Shown piece by piece: positions 56,987 through 64,000 of a stretch of DNA of 64,000 nucleotides. Origin of the DNA: an uncultured Gemmatimonadaceae bacterium (lineage in GTDB: Bacteria; Gemmatimonadota; Gemmatimonadetes; Gemmatimonadales; GWC2-71-9); contig CAYUYF010000001.1 of the NCBI GenBank assembly GCA_964449145.1, positions 64,166 to 128,165 of the forward strand. The letters are read 5' to 3'. The translations under genes and the position numbers were made by a program. Under the pieces are notes generated by a model. The model was not told where the DNA came from and did not search any database. It worked only from the letters and a program-made list of their open reading frames with translations. Each line of letters begins with the position of its first letter. Positions within the stretch are counted from its first letter, which is position 1.

Positions 56987-56992
56987 GGCGCC

Positions 56993-58120
56993 GTGTTCTA
57001 CCACCTGCTCACGCCGCTCGCGAAGCAGTACCTGATCTTCAACCTGTTCAACTACATCAGTTTCCGGGCGGCGGGTGCCACGGTGACGGCCATCCTGCTG
57101 GCCTTCGTGGTGGGGCCGGCCATCATCAACCGGCTCCGCCGCCGGAAGATCGAGCAGGTCATTCGGGCCGAGGGCCCGGCGAGCCATCTCGGCAAGCGGG
57201 GCACCCCGACCATGGGCGGCAGCATCATCCTGATCGCCACGGTGGTGCCGACCCTGCTGTGGGCCCGGCTGGACACCCGGTTCATCCTGTTCGCCATCCT
57301 GGCCACGCTGTGGATGGGGGCCATCGGGTTCCTCGATGACTGGCTCAAGGTGGTGCAGGGGAAGTCGCGCGGGCTGGTGGCCAAGTGGAAGCTCGCCGGG
57401 CAGGTGAGCTTCGGGGTGGTGCTCGGCACCCTGCTGGTCTACTTCCCCGTGGTGCCGCCCGAAACCATTCCCGCGGCGGCGACGACCGTGCCGTTTTTCA
57501 AGTTCGTGATCGTGATCTTCGCGCCGTGGCTGTATGTGGCGTTCGTCACCACGGTCATCACCGGGTCCAGCAATGCGGTGAATCTCACCGACGGGCTGGA
57601 TGGCCTGGCCACCGGACTCTCGGCCATCGCCGCCGCTGCGTTCGCGCTCTTCGCCTACATCCTGGGCCGGACCGACACGACGGGGTACCTCAACCTGTTC
57701 TTCCTCCCCGGCGCGGGGGAGCTGACCATCTTCTGCGCTGCGCTGATGGGCGGCTGCCTGGGCTTCCTCTGGTTCAACGCCCATCCCGCGCAGGTCTTCA
57801 TGGGGGATACCGGCAGCCTCGCGCTGGGCGGCGCCTTCGGCACGGTGTCCATCCTGCTCAAGTCGGAGTTTCTGCTGCTGATCATCGGCGGAGTGTTCGT
57901 GGCCGAGGCGGTATCCGTCATCCTGCAGACCTCCACCTACAAGTGGCACAAGCGCACCCGTGGCCGGGAGTACGCGGACCAGCACAAGGTGTTCCGCATG
58001 GCGCCGCTGCACCATCACTTCGAGAAGCTCGGCTGGCACGAGAGCACCGTGGTGACGCGGTTCTACATTCTCGGGATCTTCTGTGCCATGGTGGCGCTGG
58101 CGACTCTCAAGCTGCGATGA
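56993..58120 (+). CDS. mraY: Phospho-N-acetylmuramoyl-pentapeptide transferase
   Basis: 'KRGTPTMGG', 'SNAVNLTDGLDGLA', 'FMGDTGSLALGG' and 'APLHHHFE'. 10 TM-like segments. Confidence 0.97.
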   Translation: MFYHLLTPLAKQYLIFNLFNYISFRAAGATVTAILLAFVVGPAIINRLRRRKIEQVIRAEGPASHLGKRGTPTMGGSIILIATVVPTLLWARLDTRFILFAILATLWMGAIGFLDDWLKVVQGKSRGLVAKWKLAGQVSFGVVLGTLLVYFPVVPPETIPAAATTVPFFKFVIVIFAPWLYVAFVTTVITGSSNAVNLTDGLDGLATGLSAIAAAAFALFAYILGRTDTTGYLNLFFLPGAGELTIFCAALMGGCLGFLWFNAHPAQVFMGDTGSLALGGAFGTVSILLKSEFLLLIIGGVFVAEAVSVILQTSTYKWHKRTRGREYADQHKVFRMAPLHHHFEKLGWHESTVVTRFYILGIFCAMVALATLKLR

Positions 58121-59523
58121 GCTTCGAACGCTGGCGGGACGGCGGCCGCGAGGCGGCCGTGGTGGGACTGGGCAAGAGCGGAGTCGCGGCGGGACGGCTG
58201 CTCCGCCGTGAGGGCATTCCGGTGTATGCCTCCGACAGCGCCGCGGCACCGGACAAGGCGGTGGGTGAGGCAGGACTGCAGCTGCTGCGCGCCAGCGGCG
58301 CCGAAGTCCAGCTGGGTGGCCACGACCTGGCGCGGATCGGCCGGGCGGGGGTGTGCGTCGTCTCGCCGGGGGTGCCGCCGGCGGCAGCCCCCCTGCAGGC
58401 GGCGCGGGAGGCCGGGGTGCCGGTGATTTCGGAGCTGGATGTCGGGGTGGCCGGGCTGACTGGGATCCGCTACGCCGCGATCACCGGCACCAACGGCAAG
58501 ACGACGACCACCGCTCTGGCGGCCCACCTGCTGCAAGCGGCGGGCATCCCGTCGCTCACGGCGGGCAATATCGGACGACCGCTGGCGGAGGTCGCACTGG
58601 CCGGCGAGCGCCCCGCCTGGATCGTGCTGGAGCTCTCTTCGTTCCAGCTGCACGACACCTATGATCTGGCGCCCGCGATCGGGGCGATGACCAACCTGGC
58701 CCCCGACCACCTGGACCGGTACGAGAGCATCGAGGCGTATTTCGCCGACAAGGACCTGTTGTACCGGAACGCGGGGCCGTCTTCCTGCTGGATCCTCAAC
58801 GGCGACGACCCCGAAGTCCTGCGGCGCGCGGCGGGACGGCCCGGGACGGCGCTCACCTTCAGCGTCCAGGGCCGGGCCGATGCCTGGTACGACCCGGTGC
58901 GCCGGCAGCTGATGATCGGCACGGTGGTGCTGCTCCCACGCGGTGAGCTGGGGCTTTTCGGCGACCACAACGTGGCCAACGCCCTGTGTGCCGCCCTCCT
59001 CGCGCGCGAGGCCGGTGCCGGGCTGGCCGCGATCGCCCAGGGGCTGGCCAGCTTCCGGGCGTTGCCGCACCGGATGGAGCCGGTGCGGGAGGTGGGCGGG
59101 GTCCTGTGGATCAATGACTCGAAGGCGACCAACGTGGCCTCCACCCTCGTGGCCGTGCGGGCGATGGAGCGGCCGTTCGTGCTGCTGCTGGGCGGGCGCC
59201 ACAAGGGGGAGCCCTACACCGCGCTGGGGCGCGCGGCGGGGGAGCACTGCCGCGGGGTGGTGGCGTTTGGTGAATCGCGCGAACTGGTGACCGAAGACCT
59301 CGCCGGGCTGGTCCCGGTGGTGGACGCGGGGACCGACTTCGGCGAGGTGCTGCACCAGGCCGGTCGGCTCGCCCGGCCGGGGGATGCGGTGCTGCTCTCG
59401 CCGGCCTGTTCCAGCTACGACATGTTCCGCAACTATGAGGATCGGGGCGGGCAGTTCCGCGCGGCAGTCCAAGCCATCCAGGGTGCGCCGCCGGCGCGAC
59501 CCTCCGGAGGGAATGCGTCATGA
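58117..59523 (+). CDS. murD: UDP-N-acetylmuramoylalanine--D-glutamate ligase
   Basis: Starts at ATG 58117 (ATGA overlap with mraY). Contains 'VVGLGKSGVAAGRLL', 'AITGTNGKTTTT', 'NLAPDHLDR' and 'NDSKATN'. Confidence 0.93.
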   Translation: MSFERWRDGGREAAVVGLGKSGVAAGRLLRREGIPVYASDSAAAPDKAVGEAGLQLLRASGAEVQLGGHDLARIGRAGVCVVSPGVPPAAAPLQAAREAGVPVISELDVGVAGLTGIRYAAITGTNGKTTTTALAAHLLQAAGIPSLTAGNIGRPLAEVALAGERPAWIVLELSSFQLHDTYDLAPAIGAMTNLAPDHLDRYESIEAYFADKDLLYRNAGPSSCWILNGDDPEVLRRAAGRPGTALTFSVQGRADAWYDPVRRQLMIGTVVLLPRGELGLFGDHNVANALCAALLAREAGAGLAAIAQGLASFRALPHRMEPVREVGGVLWINDSKATNVASTLVAVRAMERPFVLLLGGRHKGEPYTALGRAAGEHCRGVVAFGESRELVTEDLAGLVPVVDAGTDFGEVLHQAGRLARPGDAVLLSPACSSYDMFRNYEDRGGQFRAAVQAIQGAPPARPSGGNAS

Positions 59524-60674
59524 GTGCGCCGGTCGTGCGGCACCCGGGAGAGATGCGCTGGGAGACCCGCCTGCTGGCGGTGGTCACCGCCACGCTGGTC
59601 GCCTTTGGCATCGCGATGGTGTACGGAGCCTCGAGCCTGGTCCGCACGACCGGCGGCGGGGTGGTCGGTGGAGCCTTTGCGCTCAACCAGTTCATCGGCG
59701 CGGCGCTGGGCGGCATCCTGATGCTCACCCTCGCCAGGATGGACTATCGCCAGCTCCGCCCGCTGGCCTGGCCCATCATGTTCGTCACCCTCTTTCTGCT
59801 GCTGCTGCCAGTCCTTCCCTTCACCGATGCCATCGCGCCTTCGCTCAATGGCGCCCGGCGCTGGATCCGGCTGGGGCCGCTCAGCTTTCAGCCCTCGGAG
59901 CTGGCCAAGCTGTCGGTCATCATCTGGTGCGCCATGCTGGCCACCAAGAAGGGCGAGCAGGTGCGCGAGTTCAAGAAGGGCCTGGCGCCATTCCTGGTGG
60001 TGCTCGCGGTGGTGTCCGGACTGATCCTGCTCCAGCCCAACATGTCCATGGCGGTGGTCGTCGCCCTGCTGGGTGGAATCGTGCTGTTCGCCGCCGGCGC
60101 CAAGATCGGGCACTTCCTGCTGCTGGGGGTCGGGGCGGTCGCGGCCGGACTGCAGCTCATCCAGCGCGCCGGCTATCGCGCGGAACGGCTCGACAAGTTC
60201 CTCAACGGCGCCGAGGGTACCAGCCAGATCTACCAGTCGCTGGTCGGCATCGGGTCGGGGCGGCTCTTCGGGGTCGGCTTCGGGGAAGGGCAGCAGAAAT
60301 TCGGCTACGTGGCCTATGCCTATTCTGACTTCATTTTCAGCACCATCGGCGAGGAGTGGGGCTTCATCGGCATCGTCCTGATCGTGCTGCTCTACGTCAC
60401 CTTCTGCTGGCTGGGGTTCCGCATCGCCCGGACGGCGGAGGATCCCTTCGGCCAGTACCTGGCGGCCGGGCTCACCGCAGCGGTCGGGGTCACCGCCGCG
60501 ATGCACATGGCCGTAACGCTCAGCCTCATGCCCACCACCGGCCTCACTCTGCCGTTCATCTCGTTCGGCCGCTCCAGTCTGGTCGTGTCGCTGATCGGGG
60601 TGGGGATCCTGATCAGCATCGGGCGGATGCGGGGCAAGGCGAGTCGCCCCATCCGCAGGCTCAAGGACGCATGA
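59520..60674 (+). CDS. ftsW: FtsW (SEDS family peptidoglycan polymerase / lipid II flippase)
   Basis: 384 aa, polytopic. Contains 'RWIRLGPLSFQPSELAKL', 'PNMSMAV', 'DFIFSTIGEEWGFIG' and 'TGLTLPFISFGRSS'. The location between murD and murG supports the call. Confidence 0.93.
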   Translation: MSAPVVRHPGEMRWETRLLAVVTATLVAFGIAMVYGASSLVRTTGGGVVGGAFALNQFIGAALGGILMLTLARMDYRQLRPLAWPIMFVTLFLLLLPVLPFTDAIAPSLNGARRWIRLGPLSFQPSELAKLSVIIWCAMLATKKGEQVREFKKGLAPFLVVLAVVSGLILLQPNMSMAVVVALLGGIVLFAAGAKIGHFLLLGVGAVAAGLQLIQRAGYRAERLDKFLNGAEGTSQIYQSLVGIGSGRLFGVGFGEGQQKFGYVAYAYSDFIFSTIGEEWGFIGIVLIVLLYVTFCWLGFRIARTAEDPFGQYLAAGLTAAVGVTAAMHMAVTLSLMPTTGLTLPFISFGRSSLVVSLIGVGILISIGRMRGKASRPIRRLKDA

Positions 60675-60727
60675 GGCCGCTTCGGCGCCCGGGCGCGTCG
60701 GCGCCTCGCTCCGGGGGAGAGCACTAG

Positions 60728-61882
60728 GTGGACTCCGGTGGGGCGGGACGTGCGGACCGCACCGGAAGGGCCGAAGCGCCGAAGCGCCGGACCGTGCTCA
60801 TTGCGGGCGGCGGGACCGGCGGGCACCTCATGCCGGCGCTGGCCATCGCCGCGGGCCTTCGGGACGCCCGGCCGGACCTCGAGCCGGTGCTGCTCGGCGC
60901 CGAGCGGGGCATCGAGGCGGAGATTCTGCCGGCCCGTGATTTCCGCTTCTACCTCCTTCCCTTCGAGCCGGTCTACCGGCGGCAGTGGTGGAAGAACGTT
61001 GGCCTTCCGCTGATGGCGATGCGGGTCCTGTCCGGCCTGCGGCGGATCTTCGCACAGGAGATGCCGGTGGCGGTGCTGGGCACCGGCGGCTACGCCTCCG
61101 GGCCGGCGGTCTGGCTGGCGGCCCGGCGCGGCATCCCATGCGCCATCCAGGAGCAGAATGCCTTCCCCGGTCTGGCCACCCGGCTCCTGTCGCGGCGGGT
61201 GAATGAAGTCTATCTCGGCCTGCCCGAGGCGCGGTCCCGGCTCCAGTTCGGCTCCGCCACCAGGGTCTTCGACACCGGCAACCCGATTGTTCCTCCGAAT
61301 CCCGATCGGAGGGGCCAGGCGCTGCGTCGATTCGGGCTGCAAGGAGTGGGTGCACGCCCGGTCCTCCTCGTCACCGGCGGATCGCAGGGCGCGGTGGCGA
61401 TCAACGAGACGGTGGCGGCCTGGCTGGACCAGGGCGGGGCGGGCGACTGCGTCGTCCTCTGGGCCACTGGGCGGGGGAGCCACGCGCGGTTTGCCCGCCT
61501 TCACCGGCCGCCCGAGATCCAGGTCATCGATTTCCTGGACCCGATGGCCGATGGCTACGCCGTCGCCGACCTGGTCGTCGCCCGGGCCGGGATGATGACC
61601 GGAGCGGAGCTCTCCGCCTGGGGTCTGCCGGCCGTCCTGATTCCGTTGCCCACCGCCGCCGAGGATCACCAGCGTCACAACGCGGTCGCCCTGCAGGAGG
61701 GCGGCGCGGCGGTCATGCTGGAGCAGCGGGACCTCACGGCCACGTCCTTCGGAAAGGTGGTCGGGGAACTGCTGGGGGACCCGGCCCGCCGTGCGGAGCT
61801 GGCTCGGGCAGCCAGAAGTCGGGGAAAACCCGGCGCGGCGGCTGAAATCGTGGCCCGTCTGGCGGCGATCTCGGGGGCCTGA
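60728..61882 (+). CDS. murG: UDP-N-acetylglucosamine--N-acetylmuramyl-(pentapeptide) pyrophosphoryl-undecaprenol GlcNAc transferase
   Basis: 'VLIAGGGTGGHLMPALAIA', 'GGYASGP', 'TGGSQGA' and 'ARAGMMTGAELSAWGLPAVLIP'. GTG 60728 is assumed as the start. A later GTG just before 'VLIAGGG' is possible. Confidence 0.92.
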   Translation: MDSGGAGRADRTGRAEAPKRRTVLIAGGGTGGHLMPALAIAAGLRDARPDLEPVLLGAERGIEAEILPARDFRFYLLPFEPVYRRQWWKNVGLPLMAMRVLSGLRRIFAQEMPVAVLGTGGYASGPAVWLAARRGIPCAIQEQNAFPGLATRLLSRRVNEVYLGLPEARSRLQFGSATRVFDTGNPIVPPNPDRRGQALRRFGLQGVGARPVLLVTGGSQGAVAINETVAAWLDQGGAGDCVVLWATGRGSHARFARLHRPPEIQVIDFLDPMADGYAVADLVVARAGMMTGAELSAWGLPAVLIPLPTAAEDHQRHNAVALQEGGAAVMLEQRDLTATSFGKVVGELLGDPARRAELARAARSRGKPGAAAEIVARLAAISGA

Positions 61883-61927
61883 CCCGCTTTCGCAACTCTC
61901 GGTGGGATCTTAGATTAGCTCACCGAC

Positions 61928-63325
61928 ATGCCCCTTTTCGATCCTGCCGATCCCCGTCCCGTCCACTTCATGGGAATTGGCGGCGCTGGGATGAGTGCCC
62001 TGGCCCTGCTCGCCCGCCGTCGCGGAGTCTCGGTCACCGGCTGTGATCCCGACCCCAGTGGTGCCGCCGACGTCGCCATTCTTGGCGCACGGGTGGAGTC
62101 CGGCCACGATCCAGCCCACCTCGATGGGGTCCGCGCTGTCGTCGTGACGGCGGCAGTCCCCGCCGATCATCCCGAGCTGGTGCGGGCACGCACCCTTGGT
62201 ATTCCGGTCGTCCCCCGCAAGCAGGCGCTGGCAGATCTCGTCAATCCGGGGCGGGTGGTTGCCGCCGCGGGAACCCACGGCAAGTCCACCACCACGGTCA
62301 TGGCCACGCAGGCGCTGGCGGCGGCCGGACTCGACCCCACCGGCATCGCCGGCGGCCGGGTGAGCGACTGGGGCGGAAACGCCCGGGCCGGCGGCGACCG
62401 GGTGTTTGTGGTCGAGGCCGACGAGTACGACCAGGCCTTCCTCACGTTGCGGCCCACGGTGGCCATCATCAACAACGTGGAAGCCGATCATCTGGAGTGT
62501 TACGGCAGCCTGGAGGCGCTGGAGCAGGCCTTCGCGCGGTTCGCCGCGCCGGCGGGTCATGTGCTGCTGGGGGCAGATGATCCCGGGGCGCTGCGGGTGT
62601 CGGAGATGCTCCGGCGCACTGACGGACCGACGGGCGGACGGATCGTTTGGCGGTTTGGGCTCGTGGAGGGTGCGGAGCTGCGGCTCTCGGAGGTGGTGCA
62701 GGATGAGCGTGGCAGTCAGGCTCGGCTCACCCTGCCGGATGGCCGCACCGTGACCCTTCGGCTGGCGGTTCCTGGTTTGCACAACCTCCGCAACGCCACC
62801 GGTGCCCTTGCAGCGGTAGCGGCACTGGGTGGACCGCTGGAGCCGGCGCTCGCCGCCCTGGCCGCGTACCAGGGGCTGGGTCGGCGGTTCGAGCGGCTGG
62901 GAGAGGTGCGCGGAATCGCCTTCGTGGACGACTACGCCCATCATCCCTCGGAACTGGTGGCCACCTTGGCGGCGGCACGGCAGGCCTTTCCCGGCCGTCG
63001 GCTGGTGGCGGTGTTCCAGCCGCATCTGTTCTCCCGTACGCGGGAGCACTCAGTGGCCATGGGTCAGGCCCTTGCCGCCGCCGACCTGGCCGTCGTCACG
63101 GACATCTATCCCGCGCGGGAGCAGCCCCTCCCTGGCGTCACCGGTCGCCTGGTGGCGGATGCGGCGGCGAGTGCTGGCGTCGCGGTCGTCTACGAGGCGG
63201 ACAAGCACGCCCTCCGGGACCGGATCGCCGCGCTGGCGCGCCGGGGAGACGTCGTGATCACCCTCGGCGCTGGCGACATCACCCGGGTGGGACGGGAACT
63301 GGTCCGATGGCTCGAAGCCGCCTGA
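61928..63325 (+). CDS. murC: UDP-N-acetylmuramate--L-alanine ligase
   Basis: 'VHFMGIGGAGMSALA', 'AAGTHGKSTTT', 'EADEYD' and 'DDYAHHPSE'. Confidence 0.95.
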   Translation: MPLFDPADPRPVHFMGIGGAGMSALALLARRRGVSVTGCDPDPSGAADVAILGARVESGHDPAHLDGVRAVVVTAAVPADHPELVRARTLGIPVVPRKQALADLVNPGRVVAAAGTHGKSTTTVMATQALAAAGLDPTGIAGGRVSDWGGNARAGGDRVFVVEADEYDQAFLTLRPTVAIINNVEADHLECYGSLEALEQAFARFAAPAGHVLLGADDPGALRVSEMLRRTDGPTGGRIVWRFGLVEGAELRLSEVVQDERGSQARLTLPDGRTVTLRLAVPGLHNLRNATGALAAVAALGGPLEPALAALAAYQGLGRRFERLGEVRGIAFVDDYAHHPSELVATLAAARQAFPGRRLVAVFQPHLFSRTREHSVAMGQALAAADLAVVTDIYPAREQPLPGVTGRLVADAAASAGVAVVYEADKHALRDRIAALARRGDVVITLGAGDITRVGRELVRWLEAA

Positions 63326-64000
63326 GCAAACCCGGGTGGAAGGTGCTCGGCGTCCTGGCGCTGGGGGGTATCCTATGGCTGGGGGTGCCACGGCTGCTCG
63401 GCGGGCTGGATTTCTTCCGGCTGCGCAAGGTTGAAGTCCGCGGCCAGCGCTACCTGCGGGCGGAGGAGATCGTCGCCGCCCTCCCGCTGCACCCGGGGGA
63501 GAGCATCTTCGCCCCTCTGGATTCGGTCAACCGGGCGGGAGATTCGATCCCGGGCCTGGAATCATTCCGGGTTCACCGGAGACTTCCGGGGACGCTTGTG
63601 GTTACTGTACGGGAGGCGGACCCAGTGGCGCTGGTCTCGCGCCGCGGGGTTCTGCGGCTGGTGAGCGAGCGCGGGCGTTTTCTTCCCTTTGACCCGCTGG
63701 TGGCGGCGCCGGACCTGCCGCTGGCCCAGACGGCAGACTCGCTGGTGACTGGCCTGCTGGTGCGGTTGCGGGATGCCGATCCGACCCTGTTCGGCCGGGT
63801 GATTCTCGCCGAGCGGGCCGGAGACGGTGTCCTCCTGACGGTGGAGGGCACCGAGCCGGGCACCCGCCGCGGGACGCGGCAGCGGCTGCGCTTCCGCCCC
63901 GATGCCGCAGCCGGGGTGATCCGGGCGGTGATGCAGGTGGAACAGGATCTCGTCAAGAAGGGCCGGCGTTGGGCGGAGCTGGACGCCCGTTTCGCCGGCC
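63307..64000 (+). CDS. ftsQ: Cell division protein FtsQ (POTRA domain), 3'-truncated by the window end
   Basis: Not in the ORF track because there is no stop before the window end. My own translation from ATG 63307 is open to 64000: 'MARSRLSKPGWKVLGVLALGGILWLGVPRLL' (TM) followed by 'FRLRKVEVRGQRYLRAEEIVAALPLHPGESIF...LPGTLVVTVREADPVALV' (POTRA). 19-nt overlap with murC. Confidence 0.75.
   Translation, partial: MARSRLSKPGWKVLGVLALGGILWLGVPRLLGGLDFFRLRKVEVRGQRYLRAEEIVAALPLHPGESIFAPLDSVNRAGDSIPGLESFRVHRRLPGTLVVTVREADPVALVSRRGVLRLVSERGRFLPFDPLVAAPDLPLAQTADSLVTGLLVRLRDADPTLFGRVILAERAGDGVLLTVEGTEPGTRRGTRQRLRFRPDAAAGVIRAVMQVEQDLVKKGRRWAELDARFAG

Overview
This 64-kb bacterial chromosomal segment is visibly GC-rich, with codon third positions almost all G/C. 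Every feature I can support (58 CDS and 3 tRNAs) lies on the + strand. Many neighbouring genes overlap by 1, 4 or 8 nt, so the window reads as a few very long co-directional transcription units.

Most of the window is core housekeeping:
- rpiB-glyA, nnr, thiL, eno-ftsB and tRNA-Met.
- A serine hydrolase, an Ig-like/SGNH lipoprotein and a double-length M16 peptidase.
- apaG-tilS-hpt-ftsH-folP and a DUF2723 membrane protein.
- yggS-divIVA-punA-ileS-dksA-like-lspA-rluD, then tRNA-Val and tRNA-Asp.
- A dcw cluster, rsmH-ftsL-ftsI-murE-murF-mraY-murD-ftsW-murG-murC-ftsQ, with ftsQ cut by the window end.

The stand-out region is 30.3-48.6 kb. A chemosensory gene set is split into two halves, cheW/cheY/cheA/cheC and cheR/cheD/cheB/cheW/cheW. 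These halves bracket an MglA (Ras-like GTPase) / MglB (Roadblock) polarity module. The module also holds two extra Roadblock paralogs, two PATAN/DUF4388-TPR proteins and large TPR proteins. Translationally coupled to mglA is a 677-aa protein made of two tandem DnaA-type AAA+ modules with no DnaA DNA-binding domain. No methyl-accepting chemotaxis protein is encoded in the cluster, even though CheR, CheB and CheD are present. I regard this Che-MglAB-tandem-AAA+ array as the best candidate for an undescribed system. Novelty cannot be established without database searches.

No rRNA, CRISPR array, transposase or integrase was recognised. Taxonomy cannot be fixed from the sequence alone; a high-GC environmental lineage such as Gemmatimonadota is only a guess.
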